Assembly (NCBI GenBank): GCA_027013865.1
Contig: JALWFW010000119.1
Coordinates: forward strand, 1-46,825
Direction: 5' to 3'
Source: Polyangiaceae bacterium
Lineage (GTDB): Bacteria > Myxococcota_A > Polyangia > HGW-17 > JALWFW01
Length of the DNA stretch: 46,825 bases
Of the stretch, positions 17,450 through 28,248 are shown piece after piece; the stretch's first letter is position 1, and each line of letters begins with the position of its first letter. Position numbers and translations under genes: made by a program. The notes under the pieces are model-generated. The model searched no databases and had not been told where the DNA came from. It saw only the letters and a list, made by a program, of their open reading frames with translations.

Positions 17450-19613
17450 TCAGTTAATCACGGTACCTACGGTGTATTGGGACACAGGCCATGCCTCGAA
17501 CATCTGGTTGTCCCACTTGAAGAACATCATGAATTTATCCATGGGATGGAAATCGAAAATTTTGATGGAAGCATTTTGTGTGGGTTGACAGTTAGAATTT
17601 GACGTAGCATCCAGGACCCATTTGTCTGAGCTGTCCTTATGCCAGCATTCGATTACACGGTAGTTCAGAAGGGTGGCCGAGTTGTGCTTGCTCCAGTCTA
17701 TGTCGCTGCTGTCGGGGCAGGATACCTTACCGTAGATCCTGGTATTTGGATCGATTTCCATGCCAAACCAGGCACCAGCATCGGGACTGGTGCCACACGA
17801 GATGGCCTTGTCCAGTTCCAGTAACTTATTGTAGATGTGAACATCGTTTACCTGTCTCTCTATGGCGATGTCCGTGGCGGTCCAGCCTGTATGCAGATAG
17901 GTGTGGGGGGAGGGATCAGGTTGTTCTCCGGCAATGCCTTTTTGCATGTAATTCATAGTTATGAATGTCGGGAATACCGGATCTACCTCGTGGACATAAA
18001 CAAATGGTATGAGGGAGCGTCCTATATGTTGATCCATGAGAAGCCAGTGGTCGAGATTGCCGTTGGAGTCCTCGTGGTACAGGAAGGCCATGCCCACGGC
18101 CACGTTGAATGTCACATCGCTCTCGGTACTCATCAGAAAAGAGTCTATCTCGTTGTTGTTTTGGAGCTCATATGTGTTTGTCAGAGGAACAAAGGCAAAA
18201 CACGTATCGTTGCCGTCCACAATTTCCAGTGTTGCATCTCCTACCAATATACCATCGTTCAAGATGGTATCGATTATGGTGCTGAGCTGCGTATCGTTGC
18301 TGTCTACGTCGAGTTCGCTATTTATTAGCACGTATGGAGGGACAAGATACAGTTTTATACCTGTTTTACCGTTATGCAGTTCAGATGAGGGCAGTACGTC
18401 GTTCAGATCGTTTTTGTCGAGTATCACGTGAAACGTGGCCTCATTTACATGGGCATTCCTTATTAGCACAGTGAACGATGAGGTGATGATGTCAGGAGAT
18501 ATATACTGTCCGCCACCGTTGGTATCGTTTTCCGTGTATTCGAGTACGCTCCAGCCGTCCTTAGTAAACAGGAACATGTCTGTGCCTTGTACTCCGAGCA
18601 GTGGTTCTGAATCAGGATCCCAGGTGCCGTTCATGTCCAGATCGTCATATGCGATAAGAAAGTGAAGTGCCATATTTCCAATGTTCTGAATGTTGTAAAT
18701 GGTTTGTTGGTCTACGAGGTTGGGCAGATCCAGCATGACTTTGGAGTGTCCAATGGGGTTGGGCAGTGCAGCAGAGGATACCTCACCCATGATGATTTGA
18801 GACATGGGTAAGGTATAGTTGAAGAAATTATTAGGATTGATGGCAAACAGTCCAATTCTTGGATTCCATATGGTGTAGATGACTTCCGGGGACATATCGT
18901 CGAAGATTTCGGCATGCAAAGGATTGTGTGGAGGTGAGACCAGAGCCGTAAGTTGACTGGATAGACCTGATGGAATCACACTGATGGTTAGGGGAGCATC
19001 TTTAGTGGTCTCGATCTGTATATTGGTGCAGCCCTTATTGTCTAGTGTGGCGGGAGAGGAAGAGGCCAGTTGAGCCTGCGACTCAGTAGGAAGGGAGACG
19101 TCCACTTTTCCGGATACGGGGCCGCCGTCATCTGTGAGGCAGGCCTCCACTGAATAACTGAATTTGCTGATATCGATTGGCTGTGGAGCAGAAGAGTTTT
19201 TGACCGTAAGCCCAACGGATACCGGAATAATCACGGTTCCGAGGAGTTCTCCCTCGGGAGTCAGGACTTTCAGAGTATATTCTCCCAGGGCGGTAGTGGA
19301 GAATTTCACCTTGAGATATCCGTCGCTGTCAGTCGTAGCAGGTGGGGTATTGATAAATGTAGCGTCTTCGACCGTGAGCATGAGGGGCAAATCCGGAACA
19401 GGATCGTCATTACTGTCGGTTATGAGAAGTTTTGCTTCTACGATCATGGACTTTTGATCGTCCGAGTAGATGGCTTTGGAGTGTGCGAGGTTAAGGAAGT
19501 TCTGTTCTATTGATCCTGCATCGGTGGCAGGAGAACTGTTTCCGCACCCCGAGGTCCCTAGAAAAAAATACTACTGTGAACAGATAGAATAATATTGTTT
19601 TGCGGATGAACAT
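17450..19613 (-). pseudogene. Ig-like (Big_1/invasin-type) domain lipoprotein, reading frame broken by a +1 base in a T7 homopolymer (or a sequencing error)
   Basis: ATG 19613 has SD GGAGG 8 nt upstream and encodes MFIRKTILFYLFTVVFF. It then runs into the T7 tract (plus-strand A7 at 19562-19568). Removing one T joins it in frame to LGTSGCGNSSPATDAG...SMIVEAKLLITD, which is the 665-aa ORF 17450-19447. That ORF has no start codon of its own upstream of Met 19447, after the in-frame TAG at 19571-19573. Confidence 0.6.
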
Positions 19614-19724
19614 GGCTTCAACCTCCATTTATTATTTTTTAACACGGGTATAGTATATGGCAAGTGATTGTAAGAAAGTTGGCCGGCTGGTTACGTCATT
19701 CACACCATACCGTAAGATATGGCA

Positions 19725-21155
19725 TCATCGGAGACCCTTGCTTTTGTCGGGTTTTGTCACGATGCCGGTGAACAGTACGGTTTGTGTGGGTTCGTGGACC
19801 AGTAATACCATGAACGGGTGGTCGCATATGAATGGAATTGGTTTTACCGGGCGTATCATGGCGCGCGTCTTTACGATGACGGCTGTCGCAGCCGCTGCCT
19901 TGGTACCTGCCTCGTCCACGTCCATACGTGTCTTGTGGAATACGGCGGAAACATAAAGCTGCTCGCGTCCTGTGATGAGTCCGCTCAAATCCGCGTGTTC
20001 CGTGAATACTTCCGGCATACCCATGGAGGCGAGCACTTTCGAGAGCGAATATGTTCCAGAGATGCTGAACCTCGGCAGTCCAAGGGCGACCTTTGCCCTG
20101 TCCAGGTGCCCTATCCAGGTCTGTATGTCGCGGATGGTGAGCCCGTCAAGGATTTTGATCAGTGCAGCAGGATCCCGGGAATCAGGAAGCATGACCACCA
20201 TGGACCAGCCGTAGCCTTCGTATGCGAGGCGCACCACACGATATTCGGTTCCAGGTTTGCCGCCGATGTTTCCTTTGTAGAAAGGCATGGTGCCGGTGCG
20301 GTGCATCATGTTTACCCTGATGGTCTGACCGTTTACTGATGTGAACGGCTTCACTGATGTCTTGAGCCTGTCGAATCTCGTCTTCCATACGCCTTTGAAG
20401 TACAGTGCGTTCACCAGTACCAGCCTGGTGAGGGCCCCGAGAGCCGAAGGGAGGACCAGATCAGAGATCATTTTGTGGGTTTTGTTCTCCACCCAGGAGT
20501 TTATTCGTCTTGCAGCCATGACTCTACGTGAGAAATCCAGGGTTCCGAGGGCTGCCGAGTAGTGGGCACTGATCAGTTTTTCATATGCCGGCTGCAGGGA
20601 GAAGCCATTCATGACCCATATACCGTAGGCCAGTTCCAGCGTTGGACCGCCAGCACTTGGAATCAGGGCTTTTTCAAGGGCGTGAAACTGTTCATGATGC
20701 GTTGGATTCGGCCCGAATCCCATGACCCTGGCAATCTGAGAGGCTGTATTGCTCTTTGCTCCTCCGTAAAGCATGGAGAAGGCTGCTGCAATGGAATACG
20801 GTGAAAGGAGAACGTTGTTTTTCAGTTCTTTGCCCCCTGTAAACCTGAGTATGTCCAGAGAGAACTTAAGCATCCCTTCCGTCAGGTTGGCTGGCTTGAC
20901 AGATGGCTTGGAGCCCTGGGATTCATCGGATACCGACTGGCCTGAGATGGAGGGGTTTTTGTGTATCTTGGTTTTTGTGTCTTTTGGTTTGGTGCTGTCC
21001 GGGCTCTTTGCTGACGGTTCGTTCTCGTCAGGTGATGTCGTGGCTGCCTTGACTCCCGTTTTCGGGGAATCAGCCGGGGTGGTTGGAGAATTCTTTTGGC
21101 TGCATGAGGTGATCAGTATGGATAGCGTGGCAAGTAAAATCATATAACTACGCAT
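19725..21155 (-). CDS. serpin (serine protease inhibitor) with lipoprotein signal and low-complexity linker
   Basis: Serpin core motifs LSPYSIAAAFSMLYGGAKSNTASQI, hinge/RCL DEAGTKAAAATAVIVKTRAMI and C-terminal FICDHPFMVLLVHEPTQTVLFTGIVTKP. N-terminus MRSYMILLATLSILITSC. ATG 21155 has AAGGAGA upstream with about 6-nt spacing. The track's 21179 is a less likely start. Confidence 0.9.
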   Translation of the reverse strand: MRSYMILLATLSILITSCSQKNSPTTPADSPKTGVKAATTSPDENEPSAKSPDSTKPKDTKTKIHKNPSISGQSVSDESQGSKPSVKPANLTEGMLKFSLDILRFTGGKELKNNVLLSPYSIAAAFSMLYGGAKSNTASQIARVMGFGPNPTHHEQFHALEKALIPSAGGPTLELAYGIWVMNGFSLQPAYEKLISAHYSAALGTLDFSRRVMAARRINSWVENKTHKMISDLVLPSALGALTRLVLVNALYFKGVWKTRFDRLKTSVKPFTSVNGQTIRVNMMHRTGTMPFYKGNIGGKPGTEYRVVRLAYEGYGWSMVVMLPDSRDPAALIKILDGLTIRDIQTWIGHLDRAKVALGLPRFSISGTYSLSKVLASMGMPEVFTEHADLSGLITGREQLYVSAVFHKTRMDVDEAGTKAAAATAVIVKTRAMIRPVKPIPFICDHPFMVLLVHEPTQTVLFTGIVTKPDKSKGLR

Positions 21156-21200
21156 GATCATTCTCCTTTTTTCAGGCAACTTCTCTGATGTGCCAATGGC

Positions 21201-21830
21201 TCAGTGGTATACCCGTACATCGACGTCATCATCGTATGAGACATACTGATAGGCAAGTATGGCGGAGATGAGGGCAACTCCAATGCCACCCACGAATACG
21301 GCCAGCTTCCACGAGGAGTCTCCCTTTGATTTGTGTCCGTCTTTTTTGGAGGTATCCGGTGCATGTGGAGAAGGACGAGAAGGACTGCGTCGTGCGGACC
21401 GAGCCGGAGCGCTGCTCTGTGATGAGTTCTGCTTAGAGCTCCGTGCGGCGGGAACTGAGCGTTTAGTGGGCAGAGGGCGTTTTTCCAGGTTTTTCAGTGC
21501 GAGCAGGAAAGCACGGGGCAGGGGGCTCGTCACGGTCCAGGGCCCTGCCAGAAAGTCATGGCCAAGAAGGACGTATCCAGCAGACAGCATCAGGACCACG
21601 GCATTCAGGGATTTTTTCTTCATGACGGAACGGATTTCACGCATGTCTGCAGGAGTGAGTGCCTTAATGGATGTTTTCCAGCCGTTCACCAGTTCGATTC
21701 CGGGCAGGAGTGCCAGCTCACCGGCCATGGTTTTCGTCTGGGTGGCATCGGATACCGCACTCTGAACGACTGCTATCTTCATGGGGGAGGCCATGAGGGT
21801 CAGCAGCATTGCCGTTGCCATCATATTCAT
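21201..21830 (-). CDS. hypothetical protein with N-terminal signal-like segment, basic S/R/P-rich linker and C-terminal TM anchor
   Basis: The track ORF 21201-22259 overlaps uvrD on the opposite strand. Internal ATG 21830 (MNMMATAMLLTLMASP) has SD GAGGTG 7 nt upstream and leaves a 138-nt divergent intergenic region. C-terminal TM is WKLAVFVGGIGVALISAILAYQYV. Confidence 0.55.
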   Translation of the reverse strand: MNMMATAMLLTLMASPMKIAVVQSAVSDATQTKTMAGELALLPGIELVNGWKTSIKALTPADMREIRSVMKKKSLNAVVLMLSAGYVLLGHDFLAGPWTVTSPLPRAFLLALKNLEKRPLPTKRSVPAARSSKQNSSQSSAPARSARRSPSRPSPHAPDTSKKDGHKSKGDSSWKLAVFVGGIGVALISAILAYQYVSYDDDVDVRVYH

Positions 21831-21968
21831 GTCTTCACCTCTTGAGGGCGCATTATATACCTGTATGAACGCCGGTTCCAGCGGATTACCCGCAAATTTC
21901 TCCATGATTCCAGACTGAAGGGGCCCGAGGTTGCCCGCCTGTGGTGTTTGTACTAAAACCCTCCGGTT

Positions 21969-24137
21969 ATGATGGAAGCTCTGGACCCAATTCTCTCTGG
22001 CCTCAATCCTCCGCAGCTGGAGGCGGTGACCACTACGGAAGGCCCTCTCCTGGTAGTGGCAGGTGCAGGTTCCGGCAAGACACGTGTCCTCACCAGACGC
22101 ATCGCCTACATGATAAGGAACGGTGTACAGCCCTGGCGTATACTGGCCGTGACCTTCACCAACAAGGCTGCGCGCGAGATGGGCGAACGGGTAGGCCAGC
22201 TTCTGGAGCGCGTTGGAGTCACTGTGCCGGTGCAGTCGCTGTGGATAAGCACCTTCCATTCCATCGCCTCACGTCTATTGCGCAGGTACGGTACGGAGAT
22301 AGGTGTGCCCCAGAACTTCACCATATATGATGCCGATGATCAGAAAACCCTGGTGAAGCGCATCATGAAGGATATGAATCTGGAGAATGATGCCTTGCAT
22401 GTACGCCAGGCCATCCATTATATCGAGGCTTACCGCAATGGTAGTCTGAAGGCGCTGTATCCCCCCTACGATACTATTCTGGAAAAATACAAATCGGAAT
22501 TGTCTGCTGCACAAGCAGTTGATTTTACTGGACTTTTAGAGAAGGCTCTGGAGCTTGCCCCCCATGTGGCCCACCTGTGGGACTATATCCTAATAGACGA
22601 ATTCCAGGACACCAACCACCTGCAGTTCGAGTTCATTCACAGGCTGGCCCGTCCCCATGGCAACGTGTGCGCGGTGGGTGATGACGACCAGTCTATCTAC
22701 TCGTGGCGCGGGGCCACTCCGCGTTTCCTAATAGAGTTTGAGCGTCAGTTCTCTGGAGCCCGTGAGGTGCGCCTGGAGCAGAATTACCGCTCCACAGGCA
22801 ATATAATTTCGGCTGCGGGTCACCTGATTCTTCACAACACAACGCGCCGTCCCAAGAAGATATGGACGGCAGCGCCTTCCGGGGAACCCATATACTTCAA
22901 TGCCCTGGATGATGAGCGTCAGGAGGCTTCCTGGATAGTCTCCCGGATGCTGGAACACAATGCCCGTGGTGTCTCTCTGGATGAGATGGCCGTTCTTTAC
23001 AGGATAAACGCCCAGTCGCGACCCTTCGAGGATAGCCTGCGCAGGGAGGGTATTCCGTATACCGTTGTGGGAGGCACGAAGTTCTATGAGAGGGCGGAGA
23101 TCAAGGACCTCATTGCCTACCTTCGTCTGGCCTTAAATGCGCGGAGCGATATAGACATACTGCGCGTTCTTAACAAACCCAAGCGGGGCTTGGGACAAGC
23201 TGCGGTTCGCCGCATCCGCGAGCTCGCCGGGGAGCGCTCTTTGTGGCACGGTCTTCACAGGGCACGGGACGAGCGCCGCATAGGACCTAAAATCACCGAA
23301 TTCGTGCGTCTAGTGGAACATGCCGCTGCTCTTGCAGAAAAACGCCCGCCTGAAGATGTACTGGGATTTATCCTCGAGGAGACAGACTGGCTCGGTATGC
23401 GTGCTTCCACGGACATCGAATCCATAACCCGCGTGGAGAACATGAACGAGCTCTTGGCAGCCGTGACGGACTACTCCGACGAGGAGCGCAGCAATGGGGA
23501 AGAGCCCACGCTTCAGGGATTCCTGGAGTCCATCGCCCTGGTATCTGCTGAGGATCTGTCCGAGGATGACGAGGATACCGAGAAGGTGTGGCTCATGACG
23601 GTGCACGCTGCCAAGGGCCTGGAGTTCGACGTGGTGTTCCTTCCCGGATGGGAGGAGAAGCTGGTTCCAATGGAGCGCGAGGATTCCACGGAAGACTCCC
23701 TAGAGGAGGAACGCCGGCTGGCATATGTTGCCATGACTAGGGCCAGACGGGTACTTTACATCACCAGGGCCCGTGAGCGTATGGTGTACGGACGCACTTT
23801 GAGGACCTCACCGTCCAGATTTCTGAAGGAACTTCCCAGGGATCGTATAAAGATACTCTCCCGCAGGAAACCCGTTACCCACGATCCCGAGACCTTGGCA
23901 GAAGTGGCCAGTCATGCTCATAGGCATAGAAAAAAGTCAGTAAAATCAAGTAGTTATAAAGGATCATCCTCAAATTCCCCCTTCAGGCCCGGAGATGTTG
24001 TGCGGCACAAGAAATTTGGTACGGGCAGGGTTGTGTCAGTGGATGGTTCCGGAGATGGTGCCCGGGTGACCGTAAACTTCAGAGGCATTGGACAGAAAGT
24101 CATAGTAGCCAGCTACCTTATGGGGGTGGACCGATGA
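21969..24137 (+). CDS. uvrD: ATP-dependent DNA helicase, UvrD/PcrA (SF1A) family
   Basis: LNPPQLEAVTTTEGPLLVVAGAGSGKTRVLTRRIAYMI (Q motif plus Walker A), DEFQDTN, VGDDDQSIYSWRGA, TVHAAKGLEFDVVFL and LAYVAMTRARRVLYIT. C-terminal Tudor-like tail FRPGDVVRHKKFGTGRVVSV. Confidence 0.93.
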   Translation: MMEALDPILSGLNPPQLEAVTTTEGPLLVVAGAGSGKTRVLTRRIAYMIRNGVQPWRILAVTFTNKAAREMGERVGQLLERVGVTVPVQSLWISTFHSIASRLLRRYGTEIGVPQNFTIYDADDQKTLVKRIMKDMNLENDALHVRQAIHYIEAYRNGSLKALYPPYDTILEKYKSELSAAQAVDFTGLLEKALELAPHVAHLWDYILIDEFQDTNHLQFEFIHRLARPHGNVCAVGDDDQSIYSWRGATPRFLIEFERQFSGAREVRLEQNYRSTGNIISAAGHLILHNTTRRPKKIWTAAPSGEPIYFNALDDERQEASWIVSRMLEHNARGVSLDEMAVLYRINAQSRPFEDSLRREGIPYTVVGGTKFYERAEIKDLIAYLRLALNARSDIDILRVLNKPKRGLGQAAVRRIRELAGERSLWHGLHRARDERRIGPKITEFVRLVEHAAALAEKRPPEDVLGFILEETDWLGMRASTDIESITRVENMNELLAAVTDYSDEERSNGEEPTLQGFLESIALVSAEDLSEDDEDTEKVWLMTVHAAKGLEFDVVFLPGWEEKLVPMEREDSTEDSLEEERRLAYVAMTRARRVLYITRARERMVYGRTLRTSPSRFLKELPRDRIKILSRRKPVTHDPETLAEVASHAHRHRKKSVKSSSYKGSSSNSPFRPGDVVRHKKFGTGRVVSVDGSGDGARVTVNFRGIGQKVIVASYLMGVDR

Positions 24138-24168
24138 TGACCGGTATCCGAGAATTGGGAGTTGAGCC

Positions 24169-24537
24169 ATGTCGGTGTTGATGCGCGTAGTATGGGCTCT
24201 CGTGGTGGCTGCAGCGGTTTCGGGTGGAGTCTACTGGCTCATGAACCGTGATGGCCGTTCTGGGGACGATTTCCTTAGACGTGACAAGATAGCCCGACAG
24301 GTGGACCAGGCAGCGGACAAGGCGCGCAGTGCAGTGGATGCGGTGAAGAATGTAGCCGATCAGGTAGGTGATGTGGGTACGGCTGCCAGGAAGGCAAAGG
24401 AACTCATCACCACCATTCCAAACGCATACCGCCATGTTACGGACGTACTTTCAGGTGACACAGTGCCCTCCATACCGTCGCAGACTCCGTCTTCATCAGG
24501 CAACGGGGCCGGTTCTGGCAGCGGCTCTACGAATTAA
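24169..24537 (+). CDS. hypothetical small membrane-anchored protein
   Basis: 122 aa. N-terminal TM (VVWALVVAAAVSGGVYWLM), a helical A/K/D-rich region and a Ser/Gly tail. SD GGGAG 7 nt upstream of the ATG, and the gene starts 31 nt after uvrD. Confidence 0.55.
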   Translation: MSVLMRVVWALVVAAAVSGGVYWLMNRDGRSGDDFLRRDKIARQVDQAADKARSAVDAVKNVADQVGDVGTAARKAKELITTIPNAYRHVTDVLSGDTVPSIPSQTPSSSGNGAGSGSGSTN

Positions 24538-24594
24538 AATAGTACAGGACAGTAGTTTGATATAACCATTTGAAATTATTGCTGTTTTGCCTAG

Positions 24595-25473
24595 CTATGC
24601 GTTGAGGGTGACGGCGTTTGCCTTCCTGGCTTTCTCCTCACGGTGCCTGAGCCACACCAGCGCCACCATGGAGAAGAATAGCAGCGCGATTCCCAGGCCC
24701 TCCGATACGGTGGGTAGTTCACCGAATATCCACTTGCCCAAGATGACGGCGAACAGAATCGATGAGAAGGAGAAGACTGCAACGAACGAGGCTTCCTCGA
24801 GTTTGTAGGCAAGAGTCATGAATCCCTGAGCCACTGTGGCTAAAAAGGCGCCGCCGGCCACGAGTCCCACGGAATTCACGGTTAAGGGATGCCAGTCGAA
24901 GATCATGCCCACACCCCCGAACAGGGCAGACATCACCGAAAGCCAGGCCACGATGACCATGGGATGTTCCCTGGCGGACAGGTGGCGTACCATGATGTAG
25001 GCAAGGGAGGCCAAGAAGGCCGAGAGGAATGCAGGAACGGCTTTCAGGGAGATGGCTCCCCGGTCGGGCCGGATGATGAGCAGCGCTCCGAACAGTGCCA
25101 GCACCACCAGAACTATGCGGCGCCACCCTACTTTTTCTTTCAGGAGCGGTATGGCGAGCACCGTGGTGAACAGGGGATGGGTGTGATGCAGGGCGGATGC
25201 GTTAGACAGGGATATGAGGGGCAAAGACCAGAAGAAGAGTGTCATGGCAGCGCCGCCGAAAAGTCCCCGCAGCAAGAGTTTACTACGGTTTTCCCTGGAA
25301 CCCAGGGGATTGATCCCGGCCCAGCCTAGGTACGAGAGTGTGAACAGCAGCCCGAAGACCCCCCGCAGGAATACGAGCTGGAACTGACCGAGTTCGGTTC
25401 CGGCCATTTTTACGACACCCTGCATGAGGGTGAACAGGAAGGAGGCTATGACCATGAATAGTGCGCCAAGCAT
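24595..25473 (-). CDS. EamA/DMT-superfamily transporter (10 TM)
   Basis: 292 aa and almost entirely hydrophobic, with two similar 5-TM halves. N-terminus LFMVIASFLFTLMQGVVKMAG is typical of the EamA/RhaT family. Confidence 0.85.
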   Translation of the reverse strand: MLGALFMVIASFLFTLMQGVVKMAGTELGQFQLVFLRGVFGLLFTLSYLGWAGINPLGSRENRSKLLLRGLFGGAAMTLFFWSLPLISLSNASALHHTHPLFTTVLAIPLLKEKVGWRRIVLVVLALFGALLIIRPDRGAISLKAVPAFLSAFLASLAYIMVRHLSAREHPMVIVAWLSVMSALFGGVGMIFDWHPLTVNSVGLVAGGAFLATVAQGFMTLAYKLEEASFVAVFSFSSILFAVILGKWIFGELPTVSEGLGIALLFFSMVALVWLRHREEKARKANAVTLNA

Positions 25474-25602
25474 GATTGGACCGTCTCTCTCCTCCGGATA
25501 GCGTGTGCATAGTGTGCTGCCTCCGGACGAGATTCTGCCACCTCTATAACAACCGCTGAGGAAAAGGCAACTTTAGACCTGCCTAAATGTTGCCCGTCTC
25601 TC

Positions 25603-25628
25603 GGGTATCACGGAGAGTAATGATACCC
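25603..25628. promoter_or_regulatory. perfect 8-bp inverted repeat GGGTATCA-N10-TGATACCC in the eamA-lon divergent intergenic region
   Basis: Read directly from the sequence, with arms at 25603-25610 and 25621-25628. It lies about 165 nt upstream of the lon ATG. It could be an operator or a 5'-UTR hairpin. No CIRCE or sigma-32 consensus is seen nearby. Confidence 0.25.
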
Positions 25629-25792
25629 ATGTTCGAGATCTCCTTGGACGTATACAGGGGTTGTGTGATGGCCGAGGGTAATTATACTGCACATACTGCC
25701 AAGGGCCCGAAGGCCGGAACGCTGGGGTGCATAATGCCCTGTATCCGGATGAACCGAACTAAGCCGGTCCCTGTACAGTGGAGGTCAACGCC

Positions 25793-28180
<2,388 letters not shown>

Positions 28181-28248
28181 CGTATTGTAATTATTGATTT
28201 TTTGTCTTATGATTTCCTGCAAGTCAAACATGGAGCAGTGGGGAGGAC

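Noticed and set aside
21831-22259. N-terminal 143 codons of track ORF 21201-22259 (minus strand)
   Set aside because: This part overlaps the uvrD/pcrA 5' end on the opposite strand and has no protein-like features. An internal ATG at 21830 with a good SD gives a sensible signal-peptide start, so only 21201-21830 is called.
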